Of a DNA stretch of 64,000 bases, positions 44,497 through 58,494 are shown in pieces. The stretch lies in NCBI GenBank assembly GCA_951406725.2, contig OX597815.1:208196001-208260000 (forward strand), read 5' to 3'. The notes beneath the pieces were generated by a model. The model did not search any database. It was not told the DNA's origin and saw only the letters and a program-made list of their open reading frames with translations. Both the position numbers and the translations under genes were made by a program. The stretch's first letter is position 1. Each line of letters begins with the position of its first letter. The DNA comes from Octopus vulgaris. Lineage: Eukaryota.

Positions 44497-44683
44497 TATG
44501 TGTATGTGCATGTGTGTGTGTGTACTGGTACAATGTAAAAGGCAGGTACATTCTGTTAAGTGGTCGGTGTCAGGAAGGGTATCCAGCTGTAGAAACCATT
44601 CCAAAGCCAACATAGAACCAAGTTTTGTCTTAGTTTTAGTATAGAGCCAAAGAACCAAGTTTTGTCTTAGTTTTAGTATAGAG

Positions 44684-45206
44684 CAGGGGTTACCAAACTT
44701 TTTCCATGGCAGGCCAGATAACTGAGAGAATAACGAGCACAGGTCACATAACCATTTTGTTCAGCAGAATATAGTGAATACACAAAAAGTAAAGACAACC
44801 AACTTATCTATTTACCAAAAATTTATCAAAGGAGGTGACGTTAGTAATAAAATAGTTATATCATACCCAATGCACACATATCCGAATCTCATAAACTAAG
44901 TAGCAAAAAAGGTTAGTGAAACTTGTGAAACTGGTGTTTAGCTTTTAAGATATCATCAATATTTGCTTTGGAATTGCTGCATCCAACCAAGAGAATTTCT
45001 TTCAAACGTTTATCAGTCAAATTCTTCAATATGCTGACTTCAAATTCTTCATTTTTGAAAATGTTTGCTCACAGACATAAGTTGTTCCAAACACTGATGC
45101 CATACTAGAGGCAAATGAACTCTGATTGCAGGTACTTACACAAAAGCTACAGGGCAGCAGTGAGCCAGATGAACTGACCTCGTGGGCTGTAGTTTGGTGA
45201 CCCCTG
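44684..45206 (-). mobile_element. Internally deleted hAT-Charlie-type DNA transposon
   Basis: TIRs CAGGGGT(T/C)ACCAAACT; 8-bp TSD GTATAGAG/GTATAAAG; minus-strand SVFGTTYVCEQTFSKMKNLKS..LTDKRLKEIL fits the hAT C-terminal dimerisation region. Confidence 0.9.
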
Positions 45207-45348
45207 GTATAAAGGATAGGCAAAGGCCATGACCATTGCAAACTTTCTGTGACAAGTCAGATAAATACGTTCTTCAGTTTGAAAATGCATGTATGTCTTT
45301 GAGTGTGTATATATATTCAAAAGTTTTGAATTAAAATCTTCCACAATA

Positions 45349-45681
45349 GGCGCAGGAGTGGCTGTGTGGTAAGTAGCTTGTTTACCAGCCACATGGTTCC
45401 GGGTTCAGTCCTACTGCGTGGCACCTTGGGCAAGTGTCTTCTGCTATAGCCCCAGGCCGACCAATGCCTTGTGAGTGGATTTGGTAGACGGAAACTGAAA
45501 GAAGCCTGTCGTATATATGTATATATATATATATATATATGTGATAACCAGCCACATGGTTCCGGGTTCAGTCCCACTGTGTGGAATCTTGGGCAAGTGT
45601 CTTCTGCTATAGCCTCGGGCCGACCAAAGCCTTGTGAGTGGATTTGGTAGATGGAAACTGAAAGAAGCCTGTCGTATATAT

Positions 45682-45717
<36 letters not shown>

Positions 45718-45929
45718 ATATGTTTGTCTGTGTTTGTCTCTCTAGCATTGCTTGACAACTGATGCTGGTGTGTTTACGTCCCCATCACTTAGCAGTTCGG
45801 CAAAAGAGACCAATAGAATAAGTACTGGGCTTACAAAGAATAAGTCCCGGGGTCGATTTGCTCGACTAAAGGCGGTGCTCCAGCATGGCCGCAGTCAAAT
45901 GACTGAAACAAGTAAAAGAGTAAAGAGAG
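45349..45929 (+). mobile_element. SINE family A with duplicated 5' half
   Basis: Head and body at 45349-45515, a second 5'-clipped head from ~45546, and a single tail. Confidence 0.9.
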
Positions 45930-45930
45930 A

Positions 45931-45962
<32 letters not shown>

Positions 45963-46793
45963 GTATATGCATATGTCATTAACATTTTTACATCTGCTTT
46001 CCATACTGTTGTGCAGTGGACAGTTTGACAGGATCCCATCAGTTGGAGGACCACGTTTTATCCCAGTGTCTCAATTTTGCCTGAGGAACTGGAAGTTTCA
46101 GTTTGGCAGAATGGAGTGAAGGTTTTTTTTTTTTATGACCAGTGACATCATCCCATAATATGCAAGGCTTGAGAACCATCTTGATTGAGAGCAAGGACAG
46201 AAAATAACATGGTCACTTAAAAGGAGGTGTATGATAGGAGCTGCAGTAACAGGTTTATTGTACTTTAAAGTATGAAGATAAATGCAGATTAATTTATGTG
46301 TCCAACAGTAAGAATCTGAACAACGAAGACAAAGAAATGTATACAACATGTCAAATAAAAAAAAAATTCTTAAATTGTTGAAATTTTCTTGCTTTGAGAG
46401 AAAGTAACCAAACACCTAGCAGCAATTGCAACTGACTCCAAATGGGGAAAAGGAGATAATCTCAAAGAATAATATTTCTCTGGAATTAAGATTCCATTAA
46501 GTAAAAGACAGCTTATTTATTATTATTTTTTTTTTTGGCTTCTGGAGATTAGAAAATAGCTATGAACGTGTTTGCACCTGAATAGGCATGTGTGAGTGTG
46601 TGTGAGTGAGTGTGAGTGAGTGTATGTGTGCATCTATATATATATATATTTTCAGACTTTTATACACACATACACACTTTATATAATACATGCATATATA
46701 AATATGTATATCTATGCATATGTGTGTGTGCATGTATATACATATATACATATATATATATATGTGTATATATATATTTACACACACACACAC

Positions 46794-46854
<61 letters not shown>

Positions 46855-48445
46855 TACATAGATATATACATGCATACAATTATATATATATATATGTGAG
46901 TGTATATGTGTGTATGTATATAAATAATACACATTATATACAAGCATTTATAGCACACACATTATTGTTAATAATGTATCTGTATGTATACAAATATTAT
47001 ACAAACAGTCACATATGATGATTAATACCATCCTAATTAGTGTGAGTGATAATTCACCCATATTATAATGGCATCACCAAAATCTCACTCCGCACATCTG
47101 CGAACCTTTTTATACATTTACAAACTGATACAAATATTATCCCAACATTCATTCTAGTTACTTTCACTTTCCTCCCATCAATACTTTCAATACATTTATA
47201 ATAATCCTTATCCTTATAATAAACTTCACCATCACAACCACAACCACCACCACCACCAGTACATCATCAGCATCATCTCATTTTTCATTAGCGCCACCGA
47301 ACTCGACATCCCACCCCACCCATCGCCATTATCATCAAATTTTCATGTGTTCAGGTTCCATAGTCTCGTTGCAAAAATTGGTTTCTTCGGTTGTAATTAC
47401 TCCCTTCTCAGTTTAAGGTAGAGCATCTCATGTCTATTTATCTCCGAATAATTGTTGATTCTAGCAATTCCAGTAATTGGTGACGTTTGAATCAAAGTGA
47501 GTTTCTTTAACTTTGAATCTCCCCCAACCCACCACCACCACCACCACCACCATCCACTGCCACCAACCACTACTACCCCCCCACCCGCACCACATTTGTT
47601 AATCTACAATTCGTCAAATCTCTTCTCCTCTTCCCTTTTTAATATGTTTCACTTCCTCCCTCACCTGAAAATCAATACAAACTACGTCAAGTAGTCACAT
47701 CGTCGGTACAGATATTTGCTGATGAATTCAAATGCACTATAGCAAATGTTCACACATACAGTCACACTTGTGCACTTTCACACACTAGCAAGACACTATG
47801 AAACTCATTCACATACCTATATATATATATGTGTGTGTCTGTATGTGTGCTTATATATATATGCATGTATATATGTATACATATATGCACATTTGCTCAT
47901 ATGTACACATATACACACACATATATATATATGTGTATGTGTGTGTGTGTGAGTTTTTGTTTGTTTAGGTGTGTGATTGTCTATGTGTACAAACAAACAT
48001 ACACACTCACTTCTTTTGTTTCATACAAGCTTTTACAAAATTTTAGTAATTTTTTTTTATCTAATGGTTTAAGGAAGTACTTTTACAACAGTTGCTTTTC
48101 ACTGTGACTAACCTTTTCAGATGAAAAGTAGGAAGGGAATCCAAATTTCACTTTTGCTAGTCTGAAACGTGTAGAGTGATATGCTTTGGCAGTGTTAACA
48201 TCTGAATTCATAACTGTTGTTGTTGTTAAACAAGACAGGAAAGGGTGATTAGCTGATGGTCTAGGGCTTAGTGGCAGGAGACCCCAGACCTTGGAAAAAA
48301 AAAAAAAACTTTGGTCGTCTTGTTGTAGTTGAGGGCTCTTTGTTGACACCCGACACCACTGGGAGGTGGCCCTCGAAGTTACTGGAAATGGAGATCTCCA
48401 GGTCCAAATTCTTGAACGGCAATTCATAACTGTATGAGGAGGGGT

Positions 48446-48672
48446 TTAATCCTTTAGCATTCAGATAACTCTCAAAAGTGATCTTGGTTTATTTACATTG
48501 CTTTGAATTAATCATGGATTATCTCTTAGCTTCAAGATTTCAATGATATGATTGTTAATCTTTTAGAATAACATTTTAGAGTAGGTGTGAGAAGCTGGAT
48601 CAGACCAGTTTGCACATAAAACAGCTAGAATATTTGGGCCTGATGTGGCCAGTTTGAATGCTAAAGGGTTAA
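48446..48672. mobile_element. piggyBac-type MITE family 1, uninterrupted
   Basis: TTAA-TCCTTTAGCATTCA ... TGAATGCTAAAGGG-TTAA. Confidence 0.85.
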
Positions 48673-49199
48673 AGTTAAATCTCATTTCTTTTTCATAGCT
48701 ATATCAAAGGAGCACCTGGAGTGCTTATGAGCTTTTGCAAAACTAGCAACACTGGAAACCTTGTCAAATTGCCTGCAACAGTGCAGATTCTGCTAAAAGC
48801 ATATAAAGGTCAGGATGTAGCGTCAAATACAGCTTACAGTTAAATCTGTCACACAAGATCAGGTGAAATCCATTCAAATGGTTTTTGAATCATGCTTTTT
48901 ACCTAATTTATCTGACACAGTTTTGGTAAGCCTGCAACTATACCAGAAGATACTTGTCCAAGGTGCTACAGACGGGATTCAAATCTAGAGCCTCGTAACT
49001 GCAACCATGTCTGATATGGCTTAGCATACCTCCAGTCTGATTTCTTGAGGTTTAATTTAAAATACTCTGCCCATGGCCAATCTAACTCTAACACCACAAG
49101 GTATAAAAGAAGCTGCAAACACAGGAAAGGTTACTCGTCTATATGAAATATATCTGTGTGAGTGAGTGAGAGAGTGAGTGTGTGTGTGGGGGGGTGTAT

Positions 49200-49405
49200 G
49201 TATATGTTTGTATGTCTGTGTTTATCCCCCCAACATCACTTGAAAACCGATGCTGGTGTGTTTATGTCCCTGTAACTTAGCGATTTGGCAAAAGAGACCG
49301 ATAGAATAAGTACTAGGCTTACAAAGAATAAGTCCTGGGGGCGATTTGCTCGACTAAAGGCGGTGCTCCAATCAAAATGACTGAAACAAGTAAAAGAGTA
49401 AAAGA
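49200..49405 (+). mobile_element. SINE family A, 3' half
   Basis: ACCGATGCTGGTGTGTTTATGTCCC...GACTGAAACAAGTAAAAGAGTAAAAGAG. Confidence 0.85.
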
Positions 49406-49759
49406 GATGACAGACCTAACACTGCACTGGTTAAGTTACCATACACATCAGTGACAATCTAATACAACTATTTCACTACTGCTGAAGTTTCTGCATTTAT
49501 AAGGGTGTAGCACAGTCAGGCTCGGCACAACTAGGAATCGTTGGGTTGTATGGTTACATTCTTTATTAGTCATACTATCAGCGTGTAAGAGATTGAGTCT
49601 TGATCTTGTCATACAATTTTTGAAATATATTGGCCATATTGTAAGGAAACAGAATTAAATATTCCTTTCGTGATTTTTAACATTTAACAAAGGGTTCTTT
49701 AAAATTTATTTTTTAAGTTATCCATTTAAAAGGGATAGCGCCAATTACCTGAATAGAGT

Positions 49760-49806
<47 letters not shown>

Positions 49807-50050
49807 ATTACTTGTGGAACCCAAACCCATATCTCCTGCAAATATGACAGGCACTCCATCAATACCTTTGACTTTTTCTATCCAAAGGGGTTTTAAGGGG
49901 TTTTTAACCCATTGTTTATAGGCTTATTTCTTTTCGGATTTACCATTTCCAAAAAGAATTATTTTGCATCCTTGCAGTTTCTAAATTCATACGACATCAA
50001 AAACATTAATAGTTATACATACACACATATGTTCATGCATACATTACTTG

Positions 50051-50409
50051 TGTCACCTTACTGGCTCTTGTGCTGGTGGCACGTGAAAAAACATTCAAGC
50101 AAGGTCATTGCCAGTGCCGCTGGACTGGCTCCTGTGCAGGTGGCACATAAAAAGACACCATTTGAGCATGGCTGCTGCCAGTACCGCCTGACTGGCCCTC
50201 GTGCCGGTGACAAGTAAAAGCACCTACTACACTCTCAGAGTGGTTGGCATTAGGAAGGGCATCCAGCTGTAGAAACTCTGCCAGATCAGATTGGAGTCTG
50301 GTGCAGCTATCTGGTTCGCTAGACCTCAGTCAAATCGTCCAACCCATGCTAGCATGGAAAGCGGACGTTAAATGATGATGATGAAGATGACGATGAATGA
50401 TGATGATGA
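50051..50409 (+). mobile_element. SINE family C, longest copy in the window
   Basis: Three internal GGTGGCACGT(A/G)AAAA-like subrepeats, GGAAGGGCATCCAG core, (GAT)n tail. Confidence 0.88.
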
Positions 50410-51198
50410 CATACATATGTTTGTATGTATACATGTATATATATATGCCTGTATATATGTGTATGCATGTATGCAATGAATATATACATATATCCATAAA
50501 TTCATTTAGCTATAAATGATGCTTATAAAAAACACACATTTTTAAAAACCCACAAAAATGATACGGACAACAAATAGTCTTTTGAAAAAAAAAAAATGAA
50601 TTCATCTCTTCATTAATGTCTGATCACTTTAGACTAACACTATACACTAATTACCAATCAAGCTTCCTATTTAATTACATATATCTATGTAAACCCTGGT
50701 ACAACCTCTTGCCATGTTACATACAATTATCGGGTAGAACTCAGCATTTATGATTACAACCGTTTCTTTAACTGTTAGTCTTTCCTATAAAACTAATTAC
50801 ATCAAAGTGAAGAACAATCCTATTTCAATATACTAAGATAATTAAACGGAGACAGTTTATGAAATATTAAATAATAAAGACATTGGAAAGTATTACCTCG
50901 TTAACAAACCGATTATGTGAAATTACTGTTTAATTGATTTATGCATTTAATTCCATATATATATATAATCATTAAAATAGCTTAGCAACCATTCAGAGAC
51001 TTTGGTTAAGTTGTTACTGGCTTGGTAGACATTAAAATAAGACAAGTAGATAAAATTGACAAGGTGTCTACATGATTCTGAGTTCAAAACCTGCTAGAGA
51101 AATTATGGTCTGTCCCACTATCTCTATCTATCTGTCTGTCCGTCCGTCCGTCCATCTATCTATCTATCTATCTATCGAAGCTATCTTATCTATCTGTC

Positions 51199-51235
<37 letters not shown>

Positions 51236-51593
51236 TATACACACAGGTATACATATGTGTGTATATAATACATAAATGTGGAGGTGTGTGGTTCAGTGGT
51301 TAGGGTCTTGCACTCATCATGGTTTATATAATGGAAACAAGTAAAAGAATAAAAGAATATATATATATACATACATATATTTGAGTGTGTATGTATATAT
51401 GGATACACATATATTTAAAAACACGCAATACACACACATACATGCATATATGCATACCTACATACATACATATATACATACATACATATATACATACATA
51501 TATATATACATATATATACATATATATACATACATATATACATATATATACATACATATATACATATATATACATACATATATATATATATAT

Positions 51594-51735
51594 GGCATTA
51601 GGAAGGGCATCCAGCTGTAGAAACTCTGCCAGATCAAGATTGGAGCCTGGTGCAGCCATCTGGTTTGCCAGCCCTCAGTCAAATCGTCCAACGCATGCTA
51701 GCATGGAAAGCGGACGTTTAAATGATGATGATGAT
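51594..51735 (+). mobile_element. SINE family C, 3' part
   Basis: GGCATTAGGAAGGGCATCCAGCTGTAG...GGAAAGCGGACGTTTAAATGATGATG. Confidence 0.88.
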
Positions 51736-52793
51736 ATATATATATATACATACATATATATGTATCCATACTTTGATGGAATGACAAGAGTGTGACCTCA
51801 TAACATAAGTGAATGATAGGGAGAAAATTAGTGAGGGTTGCCTACTGAGTATAAGCAGAGCAAAGTATACTAGATGTAGTAATTCAGAAATTTTCAATCA
51901 ATAAAAGTTATAGCATTAATGATTAGTAGGAAAATATTTGAACTAATTCTGATAAAAACGGGCAGGGGAGATAATTACATTATGATGGTTAAAATTAATT
52001 AAATATGAAATGCAGTAGGATGCATACATGCAACTACACACACACACATTATATGCTAAGGTGGAAAATTGTTAAAGAATGACTTTATATACATACATAC
52101 ATACATATACATATATACACACACACATATATGCACACACACGCATACACACATGCACACACATACACCATAATATGGATATCATAAGAAAGTACATTGC
52201 AGATTCTAATCTAGTAATATTTAGCATGATTATATGCAATTAGTGCGATATATATACATTATATATATATATTACATACATATACATACATACACACACG
52301 CATATATATTATATATATATATTTGTATTAATGATAACACATGTGTATATGCCACTGAGAAAATTGGGAATAAATCCAGTAATTGCAGTAGAAATTGATT
52401 TAATTGCTCATCCTGTGTGTTTGTGTTATATTTATATGTTTGTATATTAAGAGAATGATAGACACACACACATACATAGAATGATAGATATCAATAGAAA
52501 GATAGATAGAAAATTATCATAAACAGCTGAGTGTATTATGACACACACACACACACACACACATGCATGTATGCATATATGTATGTATATGTGAGAGTAT
52601 ATAGGTAGAAATAAATGCTTGCCTTTCTCAGTTTATATTTATCACTGTAGTTTCTGTAGCAATATTTTAAGGAAAATGAAGAAACCCAATTTGGTTTTTC
52701 CTAATTACTATAACCATGTGTTATGTCCTCTTACTGCATTTATAGAAATTATAACATATATGTGTGTATGTGAGTGTATATATATATATAGAA

Positions 52794-52848
<55 letters not shown>

Positions 52849-53762
52849 CATATATATATATATATATATATATCTATACATACATATCTATACATATCTA
52901 TACATACATATCTATATATATATATACATATCTATACATACATATCTATACATACCTATATATATATATATATATATATATATCATCCTTTTAAAGAAGA
53001 GCATGAGAAACAGATAGACAATACACACATATAATATATATGTCAATTGTGAGTATATATGTATGCATATTTGGATATGCTTATATGAATATATATAATT
53101 ATACATATGTATATGTATGTTGCATGAGCAATATGTGTATATAAGAAAATGTGGACACACAGACACACATCCGTTTGTCATAGAAAATATTTTCCAGTTA
53201 AATATTTGTATACATACTCAATTTCTTAGACTGTAAATGGAAGATTGGATGCTTGTTTTGTGACATTTTCAAACTGTAACATACTCCATGTTTAAACAGT
53301 TTCACAGTTTTCATTTGTTAACAAATTTTTCTCCAGTAAATTCTCTTAAGAACATTCATACACCATTAGTTCTTGTAATCCAAGAATTTCTTTTCTTTTT
53401 GTTTTTCAGTGTCTGAAGTCAGATGTTTATGATAACTCATGTAAATGCAGATAAATACTGTGGTGGATCATGTATAGAAATTTTTGCTCCTTTTCTTTTT
53501 AGGTGTACTTAGTCCAAGTCCATGTCTTCCTGTGCCTCCTGGGTTTCCAAAACTGATTGGCATAAGGGACAAAGTAATCCTCAAAGAGAGAGCACTTTAC
53601 TAAAAACTCTCAAGATCCAGGTAGAACTGTCAAATTGGACAATACATTAAGTCTCTCACCCAAGAACTAAAATAATCTGAGGGGCTTCTACACTGCCTCT
53701 GACTCTCCAGTTTTACTATGGAGGTTTTGGTTGAACCAAGATGAGTCTGCATTAGGAAACAC

Positions 53763-54384
53763 TTAACCCTTTAGCATTGAAACAAGCTATATCCAGCTCA
53801 AATAGTCTAGCTGTTTTGTGTTCAAACCAACAAGATATGATCCCTCACACCTACCCTACAATGTCATTCTAAAAATATACAAGCACATCATTAAAATTTC
53901 AAAGCTATGAAATAATGCATGATGAATTTCTAAACAATATTAATAAACTAGCAGTATCACCTGGCATTGCTCGGGTTTGTTTCGACACTTCAGAATTGGA
54001 ATTTTTGAAAAATAAAAATTTTGCATTATGCAGCTTGTTATTCTCTTTAAGTGAACATTTTTCTGGTTGAAATACACCGAAAAATGGCGACACAGCAGTC
54101 AAAAAATCGTAAAAAATAGGGATTTTCATAGAAAAAAAAGCACTTTTTTTATGTAAATAATTGTTGGTGTTAACATGGTCCGATTCAAAGTTTTTCTTCT
54201 ATGGAAGGAAGAGCCTGCCTTCTTCTATCATACTCTCAATTTTGGTCAACTTGTGCTGCAGGGTCTCAGAGGAGCTAGTGTTAGTTGAAGGCTACCAAAC
54301 CTGCCATACGCAGACAACTTCGGCTTTATATATATAGAGATAAGTATTGCATTTGACAGAGTAATCTGAATACTAGAGGGTTAA
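53763..54384. mobile_element. piggyBac-type MITE family 1, host of a Helitron
   Basis: TTAA-CCCTTTAGCATT ... AATACTAGAGGG-TTAA; removing 53948-54340 restores a ~230-bp MITE. Confidence 0.85.
53948..54340 (-). mobile_element. Complete non-autonomous Helitron (393 bp)
   Basis: Minus strand starts TCTCTATATATATAAAG and ends CCCGAGCAATGCCAGGTGATACTGCTAG; inserted between A and T with no TSD. Confidence 0.88.
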
Positions 54385-55704
54385 CCACCACTCTGCAGTG
54401 CAGAAGGATGAAACCTAGAACCACATGGTTACTAAGTGAACTTTTTAACCACTTCTAGAAAACTTTTTAACCACTTCTAGAAAACACAAATCTGGAGAAG
54501 CACACTCTATGGTTTTTACTGGGGAACCAGTTTATGGGGTTATACTGGGTTTCCTATCCATAAAGGGTTTAACTTTATGGCAAATCATCAGACACCAAGA
54601 TATGTTGGCCTAAGACCTCTTTAAAATATGGTGGGGAAAAGCCTCATTACAAATGTAAAATCTATCTATCTATCTATCTATCTATCTATATGTATATATA
54701 TATGTACATATATATATATATAATTTATGTTATATATATATATAACATAAATATGTATGCATATATAGATATATATATAAATATATATTTATATATACAC
54801 ACACACACACACATGAATATGTGTGTGTATATATATATATTTACACATGCATTTATGTATTTGCATACACATACAAATACATATGTACATACATTTAAAA
54901 GCAACTGAGCATTATGTATCAGCAAATATATACACATAAACACACACATATACACACTTCTGTATATGCAATATATACATAATTATATACACACATGTAC
55001 ATGCGCACTCACGCACATGCTCACATGTGTATGTAAATGTATTCATGTGCGTACATAATATAATTGGGGAGGCACAGTAGAGAAATTAGACAACTCTGAA
55101 CTTCATGCTTGTTCCGTTCTAAAATACATGATCTGCATTCTCTAGAATCCTAATGTTTCGTGCCTCTTTCAATAAAATATATAGCGGCACTAAAATTACA
55201 AATTACTCTTCATGCCCCCATAGTTGTTAGCAAAATAAGAATTCATAGAATTAGGAGCAAGTAAATATGTAAATATTTAATTTCCATTTCCTGACAGGGC
55301 AAAAAGCTAAAAAAAAAAAAAAAATCAAAAGGCAACCTATATATATATTGTTGTGGACACATACAGGTGAATATGTTAGCTTAGCTGAAATACCAATATA
55401 CATGCAAGAATATCAGATATTCAAGCACTAGGTTTCTAGTAAGGGAGAAGAATTTGTATTCTCTTTTAGTACTAAACTGTGTTCAAAGACATAATGCTTC
55501 AGGAAATCTTTAACCATTTTAGCGTTTTTGGTCAGTGTAGAACAAACTGATGTTCTTTCTTTTGGATTACAATATAGCATGAGTGGTTTTACATAGTGTT
55601 CAAAGCTAGAAAGAATACTTTCTAAATATAGTTGTTTGCTTTCAAAATTTGAAGCCCTCTGCATCCTGCCCCCCCCCCCTATACACACACACAAAGGCAC
55701 ATAA

Positions 55705-56098
55705 TCTTTTACTTGTTTCAGTCATTTGACTGCGGCCATGCTGGAGCAACACTTTTTAGTCGAGCAAATCGACCCCAGGACTTATTCTTTGTAAGCCTAG
55801 TAAATTTATTCTATTGGACTCTTTTGCCGAACCGCTAAGTTATGGGGACGTAAACACACCAGCATCGGTTGTCAAGCGATGTTGGGGGAACAAACGCAGG
55901 CACACAAACATACACACACACATATATATACACATATATACGACGGGCTTCTTTCAGTTTCCGTCTGCCAAATCCACTCACAAGGCTTTGGTTGGCCCCG
56001 AGGCTATAGTAGAAGACACTTGCCAAAGATGCCACACAGTGGGACTGAACCTGAAACCATGTGGTTCGTAAGCAAGCTACTTACCACACAGCCACTCC
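55705..56098 (-). mobile_element. SINE family A (a further partial copy follows at ~56101-56280)
   Basis: Colinear with the other family A copies. Confidence 0.9.
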
Positions 56099-56569
56099 AT
56101 ATTCTTTTACTAGTTTCGGTCATTTGATTGCGGCCATGCTGGGGCACCACCTTGAAGAATTTTAGTTGAATGAGTTGACCTCAGTACTGCTTTTTTTTTT
56201 ATTTAATTTTTTAAGCTCGGTACTTATTTTATCAATTTTTTTTGCTGAACCACTAAGCTATGGGGATGTAAACACAAGTGGTGGTGTAGTTGAAACACAA
56301 ACACCTCCCCACACACACATGTATGTGGAAGTTAAACTTAGAAAGCCGATGAGCTAGGTCCCTGTGATGAGCATACTAGAGTTTAAGCTGAATGGAGTTG
56401 AGTCAAACTATTTTAATGTGTGTGTGTGTGTGTTGCTGTAGTATATATTACTGATGCCATTCACATATGATTATGTTTACATATATACACACAAATTTAA
56501 AGAAACAAAAACAACAAAAAAAAACTCCAGAAATAAGGAAAAATAAAATTATGTATGGTCACAGAGAAA

Positions 56570-56655
56570 TGTTACATTCAGATAAGAAAACTGCATGAAA
56601 TTATGAGCATAGATTTATATCCATATACATACATGCATAAACATATGTGTGTGTG

Positions 56656-56742
<87 letters not shown>

Positions 56743-56755
56743 AGATAGATAGAAG

Positions 56756-56788
<33 letters not shown>

Positions 56789-57010
56789 TGCATGTATATG
56801 TAGTTATAAAGTAAAGAATGAATCCAAGGAGAGATGTATTAGTCTGGAAAAAGCAACAGAAGGAGTTGAGTGAAATTTCCAAATTTCCATTGGAGTGGAA
56901 TACTGTTTTCAGCTCTGTCATCATAGCCCTGATAAAGGATTCTCTCCCAAATATCACATATGATATATTCACCTTCAGAATTTCACTGTATTCTTACATC
57001 TGTCTAAGTG
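56570..57010 (+). repeat. Dispersed repeat, copy 1 (copy 2 at ~60911-61300)
   Basis: AGATAAGAAAACTGCATGAAATTAT...GGAGAGATGTATTAGTCTGGAAAAAGCAACAGAAGGAGTTGAGTGAAATT is shared by both copies. Confidence 0.9.
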
Positions 57011-57184
57011 ATATATATATGTATATATATTGACAAAGTCTTCTGATTCGCCAGCTCCCATGAAGCTATGAAACCCACGCTAGCATGGAAGGAGTACATT
57101 AAATTACGATGACGTCTCTGTGTCTGTCTGTATGTATGTATGTATATATGTATGAATGTATGCATGTATATGTGTGTGTATACG

Positions 57185-57215
<31 letters not shown>

Positions 57216-57273
57216 GTTTGTATGTATGTATGAATGTATACATGTCTATATATATGTGTGTGTGCATATGCGT

Positions 57274-57318
<45 letters not shown>

Positions 57319-57342
57319 TGCACAACAAATATTTAAACGTAC

Positions 57343-57375
<33 letters not shown>

Positions 57376-57935
57376 GTTTGTATGTATAGATATATATATG
57401 TGTGTGTATGTATATATGTATGTATTTATGTCTGTATATATTTGTGTCCATACATGCATGTAAGTGTGTGTGTGTGTGTGTGTGTACGTATTAATATTTA
57501 AAGAGTAAAGGTAGGGCATACCTGTCCACAACTGCTGGACATAATCCGCACTTCATTTTGTTAGGGTTTTGGTCATCCTACTGACTCACAAATGCTGCAA
57601 TATTAACTTGATGTTGACTTGGTGCTCTGTCCGTCTTGATATTCATTTTTGTCTGCTGAGTGGGTTGGAGCAATGTGAAGTGATGTGTGCCTTACCCCCA
57701 AGGACATAGAGTACTTTGAATACTGGGAACTCTCACTATCAAATCAAATTGACTGAACAGGTGCATTATGTACCATGAGTCAGGTGTCGAAGTGATAGCA
57801 GAGCAACTTGAGATGAAGTGTTTTGTTCAGGAACACAATGCACCAACTGGTCTGAGAATTGAAATCACAATCACCAGATCATGAGTGCAACACCCTAACC
57901 ACTAAGCCATTGTGCTGACTATATATATATATCTA

Positions 57936-58146
57936 TCTTTACTCTTTTACTTGTTTCAGTCATTTGACTGCGGCCATGCTGAGGCACCGCCCTTAGTAGA
58001 GCAAATCGGCGCCAGGACTTATTCTTTGTAAGCCTAGTACTTATTCTATCAGTTCCTTTTGCCGAACCGCTAAGTTATGGGGACGTAAACACACCACCAT
58101 CGGTTGTCAAGCGATGTTGGGGGAACAAACACAGACACACAAACAT

Positions 58147-58188
<42 letters not shown>

Positions 58189-58340
58189 GCATATATACAA
58201 CGGGCTTCTTTTCAGTTTTGAGGCTTTGGTCGGCTTGAGGCTAAAGTAGAAGACACTTGCCCAAGGTGCCATGCAGTGGGACTGAACCCAGAACCATGTG
58301 ATTGGTAAGCAAGTTACTTACCACACAGCCACTTCTGTGC

Positions 58341-58342
<2 letters not shown>
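57936..58342 (-). mobile_element. SINE family A
   Basis: Head and tail present; short internal deletion. Confidence 0.88.
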
Positions 58343-58377
<35 letters not shown>

Positions 58378-58494
58378 CATATATGTATGTATAATGCTTT
58401 CACTTAGGTATAGTGATACTAATACCTAGTTGATAGAACCCAGCATACATATGCCTTAGTGGATGGAAAGTGTTTGGCAGGTACAATTGAATAT

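Noticed and set aside
46130-46350. Possible Penelope GIY-YIG C-terminal fossil (KITWSL...NLNNEDKEMYTTC)
   Set aside because: Similarity is too weak to support by eye; needs BLASTX or an HMM search.
54439-54484. 22-bp tandem duplication AACTTTTTAACCACTTCTAGAA
   Set aside because: Ordinary slippage duplication with no further structure.
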